A DNA stretch of 63,653 nucleotides, filler included, from Octopus bimaculoides (GCF_001194135.2; 7 parts of 6 records of this genome joined end to end with filler, not necessarily neighbours in it), one strand, 5' to 3'. Positions 48,537 to 61,793 are shown, counted from the whole stretch's first letter. The notes: generated by a model from the letters alone, not told the origin. Numbers and translations are program-made.

Positions 48537-50260
48537 TGATAATAATAATAATAAAAATAATAATAATAATGATAAAGAGAAAGATATGAGAATGAAGAAG
48601 TAGAAAGTGAAAAAAATTTATATTAATCTCTTATTAGCCACAAGGGCCCATATATACTATACAGTACACGGGATGTAAGCATATAAGTATATGTATATGT
48701 ATATATATATACATACATNNNNNNNNNNAGTAGTAGTGTTGCTATTGATGTTTATATTATTGTAATTGTTGTTATTAACATCACAGAACGTTTTGTGTTT
48801 TTTTTTAGCTAAAATCACTCTGTTGCAAGTATCCAGGTCGGGTCTGCCGTGTAGAGATAACTTCCTGTTTTCTTCCCATCAGTCCCATTGAATAAAGACT
48901 CATGCTTATTGCTGCTCCTCCTACCCACCTACTTGAGAAAAAGGTAAAAATAAAATTTCATTCGTTAGAAAATTTGTCATTGGATATGAAAGTATTTTTC
49001 CCACTCCTATGACCTGCTTCCTGATCTGTGCCTCATTGAAAGTGAAAATTTGAAAGGAAACATAATCTAATGTAGACAATAAAGATGTCGTGTTGATTAT
49101 ATAAGAAACCTGCTGTCCTCTGGCATCTACAAATACACAGAGACAGAGAAATAAGAGCTAACCGATCTGACATTGTCATTAGAGAGAAGAAAAGCGTTTT
49201 AGAATGTACATCGCTGATAGAAGAATCACGTCTAACCGACAAAATAGCAACAACAACGTCAATAACAGGAACAACAATAACTAGAAGAAGAACAACAACA
49301 ACAGAAGCAACGATAACTACAAGTCAGTGAAAGCAATTGTTGAATTCAGCANNNNNNNNNNNNNNNNNNNNNNNNNNNNNNNNNNNNNNNNNNNNNNNNN
49401 NNNNNNNNNNNNNNNNNNNNNNNNNNNNNNNNNNNNNNNNNNNNNNNNNNNNNNNNNNNNNNNNNNNNNNNNNNNNNNNNNNNNNNNNNNNNNNNNNNNN
49501 NNNNNNNNNNNNNNNNNNNNNNNNNNNNNNNNNNNNNNNNNNNNNNNNNNNNNNNNNNNNNNNNNNNNNNNNNNNNNNNNNNNNNNNNNNNNNNNNNNNN
49601 NNNNNNNNNNNNNNNNNNNNNNNNNNNNNNNNNNNNNNNNNNNNNNNNNNNNNNNNNNNNNNNNNNNNNNNNNNNNNNNNNNNNNNNNNNNNNNNNNNNN
49701 NNNNNNNNNNNNNNNNNNNNNNNNNNNNNNNNNNNNNNNNNNNNNNNNNNNNNNNNNNNNNNNNNNNNNNNNNNNNNNNNNNNNNNNNNNNNNNNNNNNN
49801 NNNNNNNNNNNNNNNNNNNNNNNNNNNNNNNNNNNNNNNNNNNNNNNNNNNNNNNNNNNNNNNNNNNNNNNNNNNNNNNNNNNNNNNNNNNNNNNNNNNN
49901 NNNNNNNNNNNNNNNNNNNNNNNNNNNNNNNNNNNNNNNNNNNNNNNNNNNNNNNNNNNNNNNNNNNNNNNNNNNNNNNNNNNNNNNNNNNNNNNNNNNN
50001 NNNNNNNNNNNNNNNNNNNNNNNNNNTATATATATATATATATATACTCACACTCACGCATATGCATATATAAATACATAAATATAGATGTATATATGTA
50101 TATGTATGTATGTATGTATGTATGTACGTATGTATATATGTATGTGTATATGTATGTATGTATATGTATTTCAACATGTGGAACCGTTAAACCCGACAAT
50201 TTTTTTCTCTTTCGGTTTCTTTCTGTGTCTCTCCATTTTTTTTTCTTTTCCTTTTCATCC

Positions 50261-50298
50261 CTTTCTGTCGGAGAGCGTAGGCTAGAAACATCAAAGAC
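50261..50298 (+). ncRNA. Family D hammerhead-like motif, decayed third copy
   Basis: CUUU-CUGUCGGA-GAGC GUAG GCUA-GAAACAUC-AAAGA. Confidence 0.3.
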
Positions 50299-51574
50299 TT
50301 CCATTTTTCCCGAGCATCAAACTAATACACCTGCTTGTTTTCCTCTTACCTACCTCTATCTTTTATTTTCTGTACATTTGAACACTGTGTGTGTGTGTAA
50401 GTATGAATGTATGTATAAATACGGCAGCAGAGGTGAAAAACCTACAAACCTACTAAAATATATTGAAACAAGTTTAAAACTTTCGTATCTAAATAAATGG
50501 AAATCCTGTCACAAAAGAGTGAGAAGTAGCCACTTCTGTTTGTCTAAGACACCTCAACACTAATCCCCTTCCACTGTAATCGCTTCTTACAATGTGATAT
50601 TCCTGAATTTGCTCGTTAGCCTCTTCGCCTTTTGACAAATCCAGAGAGCTCCTAAATACTTTCAACTTTGGCCGGTGATATTCAAACGGCGTGGTTTATT
50701 TCACCATTTTCGCATGATTGCGTTCCATATATTTCTTCCCAAACACTTACTTATTCAGAACAATATTTCTATTGTCTAAGTATTGCTTTGTTGCCCGTCT
50801 GCTTGCCGGACTCATTGGACAATTTCCTCTGCCTTGTAAACCAGACCACGTGTCAACCTATAAACAAAATAACAATTTTAACGATATCTAACATAAGTCG
50901 AGTCAAAGAAAAAAGGAAAACCGCAATTTCATGAATCAGTATTTATCGATCCAAATCAAAGAGGAAACCTAAAAGAACGAAAGAGAAATTTAAACATTCC
51001 TGGATTTCACCCACAGTCCTAAAGGAACATAAATGGATGACACAAGCACCTCCATACCTTCATTGCTCCACAGAGTATGTAAGATAACTCGAATGCTAAA
51101 TATTAGTGTATTATGCGTAGGTATTCAATTGCATTAACAATAAACCGTGTTTTGTATGAAGTTATGTTGGTATAGGCCATGATCCAGTAAACCAAACTAC
51201 GCCAGGGAAATTTGTACATCAAAAGCTTTGCCAACGTAATCAAAGTACAGCGGGGAGAAGGGATAGAAGCATTACAGACAACTTAATAATACAAAATTAC
51301 AAAATATGCACCCAATCTAGATGCTGTTTTAAGTAGAGAAAAATCATATACTACGAACTGCAAACATCATTTTATTTCAAAGTTTGGAAAAACTCACAAT
51401 ATGTTAAAATACATACATTTGTAAATCCTTAGGGTAGAACACATTGACATATTTTAATTTATTAATAAGAACCGAATTTAATTCCATTTGCACTCAATAC
51501 TATGGTTTTAAAAATTCTTCTTTAAATATTTTTTATTCAAATCATACCATAATATGACAGCATATGGGACTGAA

Positions 51575-51688
51575 CATATCGGGTTCAGTCCCATTGCGTG
51601 GCATCTTGGGCAAGTGTCTTCTACCAGAGCGTGGGGCCGTCCAAGGCCTTAGAAGTGGATTTGGCAGACAGAAGCTGAAAGGAGCATG

Positions 51689-51690
<2 letters not shown>
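51575..51690 (+). mobile_element. SINE family A 5' fragment
   Basis: GGGTTCAGTCCCATTGCGTGGCATCTTGGGCAAGTG. Confidence 0.8.
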
Positions 51691-51745
<55 letters not shown>

Positions 51746-52527
51746 NNNNNNNNNNNNNNNNNNNNNNNNNNNNNNNNNNNNNNNNNNNNNNNNNNNNNNN
51801 NNNNNNNNNNNNNNNNNNNNNNNNNNNNNNNNNNNNNNNNNNNNNNNNNNNNNNNNNNNNNNNNNNNNNNNNNNNNNNNNNNNNNNNNNNNNNNNNNNNN
51901 NNNNNNNNNNNNNNNNNNNNNNNNNNNNNNNNNNNNNNNNNNNNNNNNNNNNNNNNNNNNNNNNNNNNNNNNNNNNNNNNNNNNNNNNNNNNNNNNNNNN
52001 NNNNNNNNNNNNNNNNNNNNNNNNNNNNNNNNNNNNNNNNNNNNNNNNNNNNNNNNNNNNNNNNNNNNNNNNNNNNNNNNNNNNNNNNNNNNNNNNNNNN
52101 NNNNNNNNNNNNNNNNNNNNNNNNNNNNNNNNNNNNNNNNNNNNNNNNNNNNNNNNNNNNNNNNNNNNNNNNNNNNNNNNNNNNNNNNNNNNNNNNNNNN
52201 NNNNNNNNNNNNNNNNNNNNNNNNNNNNNNNNNNNNNNNNNNNNNNNNNNNNNNNNNNNNNNNNNNNNNNNNNNNNNNNNNNNNNNNNNNNNNNNNNNNN
52301 NNNNNNNNNNNNNNNNNNNNNNNNNNNNNNNNNNNNNNNNNNNNNNNNNNNNNNNNNNNNNNNNNNNNNNNNNNNNNNNNNNNNNNNNNNNNNNNNNNNN
52401 NNNNNNNNNNNNNNNNNNNNNNNNNNNNNNNNNNNNNNNNNNNNNNNNNNNNNNNNNNNNNNNNNNNNNNNNNNNNNNNNNNNNNNNNNNNNNNNNNNNN
52501 NNNNNNNNNNNNNNNNNNNNNNNATAC

Positions 52528-52586
<59 letters not shown>

Positions 52587-55033
52587 TATATTCTACATGC
52601 AGATACATACATAAACGTATGTATACACACACATATACTTATATATACATACATAAATTCACATATACATAATATGAAATGTTTTCGATATTCTAATGTG
52701 GTACACATTCAAATTCTACCTTTGGCAATTCTTTAACCAGCACAGAATCGATAGACTCACGTGACTGTTCGGTATCGTTGGATCAGAAATTATTGGCAGA
52801 TTGAGGCGGTATTCATAGAAAGCTGGAGGTTATTAAAGGGACGTTTACATATTAATTATATAAAGGGGTAGACACATTGCAAACCACGGCCTACTTGATG
52901 TATTCTTTAGTGTCTAGTTTAATATATGATTTTGTATGAAGTCTCTCCGCACACACTCTATGTTAATCCACCTGTAGTCTCCAACTAAAACCACAGCTTA
53001 AGTTAAAAGAAAAACCAGTTTTCCATTATATTTACGTCATCACACCATTTGTATCCAGCTGCGGCTAGGCGCTCTGTCGTTTGAATAAGACACTGAAGAT
53101 CTCACTGGACACAGTTCACCTATTTGTTAAGTAGATATCACCGTGATTTCATTTTGACTATCAAACGATTACGATATTTCATATGACCTCTCTTCTATTT
53201 CATGAACCAAAATGTTATAATTTGTCCATCACCCAGCACTCTAAATTCAAGAAATGTTCCATTCTACCTAGCCGTAACATACGTGCCAAGATGGCCGTGC
53301 TTTTCTTTTTGTGTCTGAATCAAGTATAATATTAAACTTCATTTATATCATATTATCTGGCACCAAGTACAGTGGTCTGTTCGAAACCAAGAGACTTTCG
53401 GGACAAAGAAATGTTTCCAGGCTACCAAGCCTTATAGTATGTACCATCACAACCTCGTTTAAAATCTGTGGTTCTACAACTGTAGTCTATAATTGACTGG
53501 GGTGTGAAGCAACGAAATGGCTCCTCGGTCACCTAGATGTAAACAAAATAATGACATACTATGGATAGCAGGGCGATACTTCTGTAAAATCGACGAGTGC
53601 TTTATTTGCTTGCAATCCAATTGCTGGAACCTTCATAGAATGTTATGCTTACGGTTAAAGTTAAAGTTAGGTGGAGTGATAATATAAGTGACAAAAACAG
53701 GGACCTTGATTTCAGCTTTTGCTATTTCAAATTGTGGGTGAACACATGAAATACTTTAAATTCCTGTAACTAAGGTGATTGCACAAAGTCAGCATTTATG
53801 ATGGTTTCGTCAATGGATATATATATATNNNNNNNNNNGTGTGTGTGTGTGTATACATATATGCATGCAATATACATGCGTATACAATATATACACTGGC
53901 AATTTTGAGCCCTTCAGTTAAGATAGATTAGAGAATACTCTTACGTATTTAGTAGAGTATCGTTGTGAAGTTTGTGTGAGAGGGAGAAAGAGGGAGAAGA
54001 AAAGAAACAAAGAGAGAGAAGGAGAGACAGCGATAGAGACAGATGTATAGAATATTTTACATCCGGGTATAGTCATAATATTCCTATTTAAAATACACGT
54101 ATACGTTTTTAATTTGGTTCGATTTTTTGATAGTAATGANNNNNNNNNNNNNNNNNNNNNNNNNNNNNNNNNNNNNNNNNNNNNNNNNNNNNNNNNNNNN
54201 NNNNNNNNNNNNNNNNNNNNNNNNNNNNNNNNNNNNNNNNNNNNNNNNNNNNNNNNNNNNNNNNNNNNNNNNNNNNNNNNNNNNNNNNNNNNNNNNNNNN
54301 NNNNNNNNNNNNNNNNNNNNNNNNNNNNNNNNNNNNNNNNNNNNNNNNNNNNNNNNNNNNNNNNNNNNNNNNNNNNNNNNNNNNNNNNNNNNNNNNNNNN
54401 NNNNNNNNNNNNNNNNNNNNNNNNNNNNNNNNNNNNNNNNNNNNNNNNNNNNNNNNNNNNNNNNNNNNNNNNNNNNNNNNNNNNNNNNNNNNNNNNNNNN
54501 NNNNNNNNNNNNNNNNNNNNNNNNNNNNNNNNNNNNNNNNNNNNNNNNNNNNNNNNNNNNNNNNNNNNNNNNNNNNNNNNNNNNNNNNNNNNNNNNNNNN
54601 NNNNNNNNNNNNNNNNNNNNNNNNNNNNNNNNNNNNNNNNNNNNNNNNNNNNNNNNNNNNNNNNNNNNNNNNNNNNNNNNNNNNNNNNNNNNNNNNNNNN
54701 NNNNNNNNNNNNNNNNNNNNNNNNNNNNNNNNNNNNNNNNNNNNATTATGTGTGTTTGCTTCTGTTTATGTATTTAAAATATAATTTTGTGCTTACTTAT
54801 CGTTTTTTTTCTTTTTTTTTTGTAATTCATTTTACTCCTGCTTAATCCATTCCTAATCTTTCGGAGAAAGATGCGGATGCATGAACGTCGGAAAATTTCA
54901 AGCTTTCTTTCGATATAAACATATATATGTATGTATGCGTGTATGTATGCATGTATGTATGTATGTATGTATGTATGTATGTATGTATGTATGTACATAT
55001 ATATATGAATATATATATATGCGTGTGTATATA

Positions 55034-55118
<85 letters not shown>

Positions 55119-55269
55119 GTACATTTATACATATATATACAAACAAACATATATGTGTGGGTGTGTGTAGTTGTAACCAATTAATAATAAAAGAGTGGAA
55201 CTCAGTCAATGTGTGTTAGTAATATTAGCATAATGACTCTCCCTAGACACAAAAAATACACACACATAC

Positions 55270-55880
55270 GTACACACACATCTGAAATGGTAATATGGCC
55301 AAAAGACAAAAACCATTCTTGAGGCTCAGACATTGTAAGAAAAGTCGTGTTTATCCAACAAGTCCAGCGCATCATCACCAAGAATCTCACCAAGTCAATC
55401 AGAAGCATTTCTAATCATCTTCACCTGTCGTAGTCAATAATTAGTCTTGTGGTGCATGGAGACAACAGGGACAAAGTCTATGGAATGAGACAGGACAGTT
55501 CACTTCCGCTAGAACCCGGAAGAAACAGTGTGATACGGTCGAAGCACTATCTAAACAAAGTCGAGTATGTCGAAGAGCTTGACACGCTGTGGTTCTCCTT
55601 AGATAAGGAGAACTTTGTCCCAAAGTAAAAGATGCACAGGAGAAATGACAGGTGAGTATGCGCCAGTCCCACTTAAGTCGCCACTGTCATACATAACAAA
55701 TTCCCATCGTTGGAGTCGAGGGGTCTATGTCATGCCTCGTCACAATTTTTCCACGAGGCCTAAAGGTCAATACAGCATCCTACATCGAAACAACAGAGAC
55801 GTGTGTCAAGCTCAGGATCGAGTGAGTTGAGTGAGGGAGGCCGTACGTGTTCAAGCAACACTCTGTTCCCTCACACTCAG
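55270..55880 (+). mobile_element. Second decayed maT/DD37D transposase fragment
   Basis: FIQQVQRIITKN, LWFSLDKENF, HRRNDR, KFP, VMPRH, GLKVNTASYIE, GRPYVFKQHS, across frameshifts. Confidence 0.8.
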
Positions 55881-56306
55881 CTTCTTAACCTAGCTGTGGA
55901 TGACCGGAAATTTTCATGATTAGGTTACCCTTAACATTTAACTTCCAAGCTCTCCTGATTCATTTTCCACGACCGTACAACGTCTAACAGACAAACAAGC
56001 ATGCTCACAATAACAAGAAATCGTTGATGCCTGCTATTGGACACGATATGGGTAACATGAATAACGATCACATGATCAACGCATTTAGTCATTTCAAAAG
56101 CTGTGTCGAGGCTGTAATCGTGGCTGATGGCAGTTTTATTGATTAGCCTTAGCCTTTTGCTATGTGTATGTAAGAATATGTTTACCAAATTCTATAAAAT
56201 ATATTGGTTTTTCTAATAAATATTTTTATTATCCTTAAATTAAAATTGTGTTCTCAAATAGATGACGCACCTTGTATATACCTACGCATCGTTTAATGTA
56301 TTTAAG

Positions 56307-56337
<31 letters not shown>

Positions 56338-56343
56338 ATATAT

Positions 56344-56391
<48 letters not shown>

Positions 56392-57215
56392 NNNNNNNNN
56401 NNNNNNNNNNNNNNNNNNNNNNNNNNNNNNNNNNNNNNNNNNNNNNNNNNNNNNNNNNNNNNNNNNNNNNNNNNNNNNNNNNNNNNNNNNNNNNNNNNNN
56501 NNNNNNNNNNNNNNNNNNNNNNNNNNNNNNNNNNNNNNNNNNNNNNNNNNNNNNNNNNNNNNNNNNNNNNNNNNNNNNNNNNNNNNNNNNNNNNNNNNNN
56601 NNNNNNNNNNNNNNNNNNNNNNNNNNNNNNNNNNNNNNNNNNNNNNNNNNNNNNNNNNNNNNNNNNNNNNNNNNNNNNNNNNNNNNNNNNNNNNNNNNNN
56701 NNNNNNNNNNNNNNNNNNNNNNNNNNNNNNNNNNNNNNNNNNNNNNNNNNNNNNNNNNNNNNNNNNNNNNNNNNNNNNNNNNNNNNNNNNNNNNNNNNNN
56801 NNNNNNNNNNNNNNNNNNNNNNNNNNNNNNNNNNNNNNNNNNNNNNNNNNNNNNNNNNNNNNNNNNNNNNNNNNNNNNNNNNNNNNNNNNNNNNNNNNNN
56901 NNNNNNNNNNNNNNNNNNNNNNNNNNNNNNNNNNNNNNNNNNNNNNNNNNNNNNNNNNNNNNNNNNNNNNNNNNNNNNNNNNNNNNNNNNNNNNNNNNNN
57001 NNNNNNNNNNNNNNNNNNNNNNNNNNNNNNNNNNNNNNNNNNNNNNNNNNNNNNNNNNNNNNNNNNNNNNNNNNNNNNNNNNNNNNNNNNNNNNNNNNNN
57101 NNNNNNNNNNNNNNNNNNNNNNNNNNNNNNNNNNNNNNNNNNNNNNNNNNNNNNNNNNNNNNNNNNNNNNNNNNNNNNNNNNNNNNNNNNNNNNNNNNNN
57201 NNNNNNNNNNNNNNN

Positions 57216-57249
<34 letters not shown>

Positions 57250-57792
57250 TACTTCCCGCTCTCAGTACATACACACATACGTACGTATATATGTATAACT
57301 AAACGCATTGTCAGTTAATCTCCAATTATATAGTGAATAGATATCTTACAACTTCAACAAAGTAAATATGTTTTCAACAGATTGTCACATTTTTATTCCG
57401 TCTCATATTTCTATTGTCTCTGTCTGCACGTTCCATTCAGTGTAAACATGTAAACATGTAAACATGTAAACATCTACTTCACGCGTTTCGGGGTTCAATT
57501 AGCTGATAGGGCACCAGCCATGAAACCGGAGTAAGAACACAGATAACATTCAAATGCATATGTAAGATACATACGTACACACACACATATATATATTTCT
57601 GTGTATACATACATTCGTATAACTTCTTCTAACACAAAAATGTACACATGCATATCATCTATGTATGTATACGTGTGTATGTGTATGTAAATATGTGTAT
57701 AAAATGCATATATTTAGATTGACTATATCATTGTCTATATATGTTTATGTATATGTATATAAATATATTGATTTATGTGCATAAACACACAT

Positions 57793-57892
57793 NNNNNNNN
57801 NNNNNNNNNNNNNNNNNNNNNNNNNNNNNNNNNNNNTTAATTAATTAANNNNNNNNNNNNNNNNNNNNNNNNNNNNNNNNNNNNNNNNNNNN
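57793..57892. other. Artificial scaffold spacer
   Basis: Same 100-bp structure. Confidence 0.97.
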
Positions 57893-58400
57893 TTCCTTAT
57901 CTGCTTCCCCTCTGGCTAAATAAACCTGTCGCCTAGCCTCCCTTCTGGCACATTGGTACAATTCTTGTTCTTCTTTTTAATTATTCTCTCTAGTTTAAAG
58001 TTTTCCTGTACATATATAAACCCACCTTTGCTAGAACTTGAAAGAACTACTTTTTATCTAGAAAGAACTTGGAATTTAACATTTCAATTGATGTTATTCC
58101 TTAGATAATACTGATTTGGTGACTAGGTGCAAAGAAACATTAGTAAAGGCTAGTTTGATCATGAAGATAAAAAATAGTTGTTTGTTTTTTATGGTCAATC
58201 TCCTTAATGAATTTTTTTTGTCTTATAATGGATTCATTAATTTTATTGTATGCGATAATGGTTTAATTGCAAACTTTATTTGTTAGAATGTAAAAATAAA
58301 TATTAATCTGTTGTTGTTGTTGATGATTTATGTTCCGTTTACATTGTGTTGTGTTATGTAACTTTCTTCGATTAAAGTACTGCATAAATTATTTCCACAG

Positions 58401-58568
58401 TCTGTAGTTAATAAGATGGAAAACCTTTGGCTGCACTCTTGGAAAGGTATTCTGCTTGGCCAGTTGACTAATGAAGAAGATCAGAATAAATTGAAAATGC
58501 TCGCTGTCAATGTTCAGAAAACCATTCAAACGGAGTGTCAGAAAACTCTGAGTCTTGAATGCATTGAG
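58401..58568 (+). CDS. ESPL1: Separase (ESPL1)-like internal exon SVVNKMENLWLHSWKGILLGQLTNEEDQNKLKMLAVNVQKTIQTECQKTLSLECIE
   Basis: atttccacag acceptor and GAG|gtctgt donor, 168 bp, phase 0-0. ExxWLxxWKGxLLG resembles the separase pseudo-protease-domain motif (recalled human LEKSVLGCWKGLLLP). Confidence 0.65.
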
Positions 58569-58733
58569 GTCTGTTCTGATACTTTGTTATTTGTTTACTT
58601 TTTTTGCTTTTGTTATAGTTAGTGAGATAACTCAGAGCATCAATTGCTTGAGAGTACACTGTCATGAGTTTAAAATTTTCAAAATCCAAATAATGATACA
58701 ACCGAGAATGAACTGGGAAATGCTTCATTAATG

Positions 58734-58788
<55 letters not shown>

Positions 58789-58901
58789 NNNNNNNNNNNN
58801 NNNNNNNNNNNNNNNNNNNNNNNNNNNNNNNNNNNNNNNNNNNNNNNNNNNNNNNNNNNNNNNNNNNNNNNNNNNNNNNNNNNNNNNNNNNNNNNNNNNN
58901 N

Positions 58902-58962
<61 letters not shown>

Positions 58963-59479
58963 TATCAAAAATCTTTGTTGGATTATATCCCACTGTTTTA
59001 ATAAAGGTAGCATATTGTATAATGCAGTAACATTAAACAAGCTTTTGAGGCTGAAGTTGTGGTTATCCCTGTCAGTCCTGTAATAGTCGTCTCTGGTTTG
59101 CCCTATTCTCTACATTCCTCTTCTCACCAGCCTTCTTCCCTTCATTTCTTTCTTTCATCTTTAGCCATGTTTTTCTTTATATTCTCCTTCCGCTTTTCCC
59201 AATTATCTTCCTTAGCATATAACACAGCCTCTCATCTTCAGAGTACCCGTCGCTGGCTCTAATTCCCACGGCTCTAAACTAGTTGTCTCATTGATATCTT
59301 CTTTATACTGTTCCTGAAACATGTGTTTTAGTTCTCAGTTGATGGTGTCTACCTACAATCAAAGTCTGATGACTGGTTCTTCAATTAAAGTTCAAAATTA
59401 GGATAAGGAAATTTACATTTACCATCAAAGATATATTTGTTTACTGATAATGTAACTATCTTTTCAAAATCTGTAGAAG

Positions 59480-60200
59480 CTTTAGAAAACCTTATGGACA
59501 GATTCTCTGGAGTTTGCAATGTATTTGATATTACCTCAGTCTCATGAAGACTCAAATCCTGAGACAAAGCACAGTAATACCTCCTTGCATTAAGTTCAAG
59601 GGTAATGAACTGGACATGGTACATGAGTTTCACTATCTTAGCTCCATTGCTACAGACAATATCACTTTAGAGGCAGAGCACAAGAGGTGCATTGGCAAAG
59701 AGCTACTATTCATTTATGATGTGCTTCAGAGAATATATAACTGCAAACAGCTACTATTCATTTATGATGTGCTTCAGAGAATATATAACTGCAAACAGCT
59801 ATCAAGATTGAGGTATACAACGCCTATGTTTTCAGTACATTTGTATGGCAACCAGTCATGGACAACGTAATCGTCACAAGGACACAAATTTTAAATTTCA
59901 TATGAGGGTTCTGTACAGAACCCTTGGGATGAAATGGTTTGACAAGATTGTCAACACTGCTATACATACCAGGGCAGGTATCCCCTCTGTTTACTATCTT
60001 GTGCAATGACAATTTTGGTAGCTTGAATATGATTGATGCATATGATGACAGTCCTATTCTGAAGTGACTGTCATCTGGGCTGAGAGGTGAGCATTACTGT
60101 GATGCAACGATAAGTGAAAGAGACTAACATTTACCCTGTCCCTTAAAAGCAATCACATCCAACAGGTTTCTATGGAAACTAGGCATCCTATGGATTAAGA
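59480..60200 (+). mobile_element. Decayed RTE LINE ORF2 (post-RT and C-terminal)
   Basis: KTQILRQ...ELDMVHEFHYLSSI...KRCIGK...VYNAYVFST...FHMRVLYRTLGMKWFDKIVN. Confidence 0.85.
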
Positions 60201-60693
60201 AGTAGAGAAGGAAACCTTCATAAGACCTGAATGAATAAAGCTAGCAAGAAGAAGTTATATCTTCTCATAGAAAATTCACATGCAACACTAAGAAACATCA
60301 GTTGTTATTAACTAGATTTTTTAACTTTGTAGTCATATCAGGAAATGTTCTTCTTCAACCTTCTCTAAAATGGGGTTCTGCATTATTTGCAAGACTTGAT
60401 GGATGCCATCATTTTAGTATAATTATATTTGATAGTTGTTAAATAACACCTCTTCCTTCACACATTTCTGACCTGTCACTAGTTTCTACTGTATCTGTCC
60501 TTCTATTTCTCTTTTACAGTTATCTTTCATTTTCATCATTATCACTTTATGTCTGCTTCCCATGCTGGCATGGGTTGGATGGGTATAAATCAGTCCTTAT
60601 TTGGAGTTCTGTCCTCCTAGATTTGTTTGTGGACTGCATCTCACTTGTCTGTTTCTTTTTCTAACCTGGTTCCTAATGCTAACCATTTCACAG

Positions 60694-60820
60694 AGTGTAC
60701 TGGATGTATATTATTGTGACACCAGCACTAGAGAAGTTGTCACTTCCTTGGCAAGAGTAAAGGTTCTTCCCAACCATACATTGAATGTTTCTGTCTTGGC
60801 TTTTTTAACTGGTGGTACCT
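60694..60820 (+). CDS. Candidate next exon of the same plus-strand gene, SVLDVYYCDTSTREVVTSLARVKVLPNHTLNVSVLAFLTGGT
   Basis: CTAAC branch site, ttcacag acceptor and gtaagt donor. The only open frame starts at phase 0, compatible with the 58401 exon. Homology not recognised with certainty. Confidence 0.45.
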
Positions 60821-61460
60821 GTAAGTTGTCAGAGAAGTATCAATAATTTAGAGATTATGTTGTCAATATGTATTAAGAACATCATAGATCACTATTGCTG
60901 AGAACAGTAATTGAACCCAAGCAACATATTGTTGCTTGGGCTCTATTGTCTTGTACACCATCACTACCATCACATCATCATCATCATCATCATCATGATG
61001 TGTCAGATTTTAATGCTGATATATATTTGATGAGGCATCAAGAGCCAGGTTAGTTCTTTGGAGTAACTGGTTTTATGTGTGTGTGCATGATGTGCTTATG
61101 CAGGGATATGGCTGTGAGTATATCTATGAGTTTCATGCATGAGTATATAGCCCTGTGTGTGTAGTGGACTGTCTTTGAGTATGTAGCTCTCTGAGTGTAT
61201 ATATACAGGTGTATGTGTGAATATTTATGTTAGATCTTTTGTGTCTTTATCATAATCTTCATCATAGTTCTCATGCCCACCCCTCCATACTTGCATGTGT
61301 TGGATGGTCTCCTTCATAGTTTCCGTTGTTTTTTTGTGGTCCTTAGTCATCTTCTTCATGAGGATAATCAGCTTTTTAAGTTTAGCCATTAACTATATTT
61401 AGAAGTTACATTTACTTCTTGTAATTTGTTTCCTTTCTGAAAATATATATATATATATAT

Positions 61461-61693
61461 CATCATCATCATCATCGTTTAACGTCCGCTTTCCATGCTA
61501 GCATGGGTTGGACGATTTGACTGAGGACTGGTGAAACTGGATGGCAACACCAGGCTCCAATCTAATTTGGCAGAGTTTCTACAGCTGGATGCCCTTCCTA
61601 ACACCAACCACTCAGAGAGTGTAGTGGGTGCTTTTACGTGTCACCCGCACGAAAACGGCCACGCTCGAAATGGTGTCTTTTATGTGCCACCCG
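61461..61693 (-). mobile_element. SINE family C 3' part with (GAT)n tail, cut by a spacer
   Basis: CATCGTTTAACGTCCGCTTTCCATGCTAGCATGGGTTGG and GGATGCCCTTCCTAAC. Tail-only copies occur near 40285-40335 and 60535-60590. Confidence 0.85.
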
Positions 61694-61793
61694 NNNNNNN
61701 NNNNNNNNNNNNNNNNNNNNNNNNNNNNNNNNNNNNNTTAATTAATTAANNNNNNNNNNNNNNNNNNNNNNNNNNNNNNNNNNNNNNNNNNNN
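61694..61793. other. Artificial scaffold spacer
   Basis: Same 100-bp structure. Confidence 0.97.

Noticed and set aside
50480-50934. Possible TE or gene fragment
   Set aside because: No frame on either strand gave a motif I could name.
57478-57525. GAAACGCGT PLE-end-like motif on the minus strand
   Set aside because: The core has two changes and I could not build stems I and II.
44289-57792. Upstream Atos exons (expected LLGNFE-type end) in segment E
   Set aside because: No phase-0 donor with that motif was found by eye, and the segment lies beyond a synthetic spacer.
58507-58728. 73-aa minus-strand ORF
   Set aside because: Antisense to the better-supported separase-like exon, with no splice signals.
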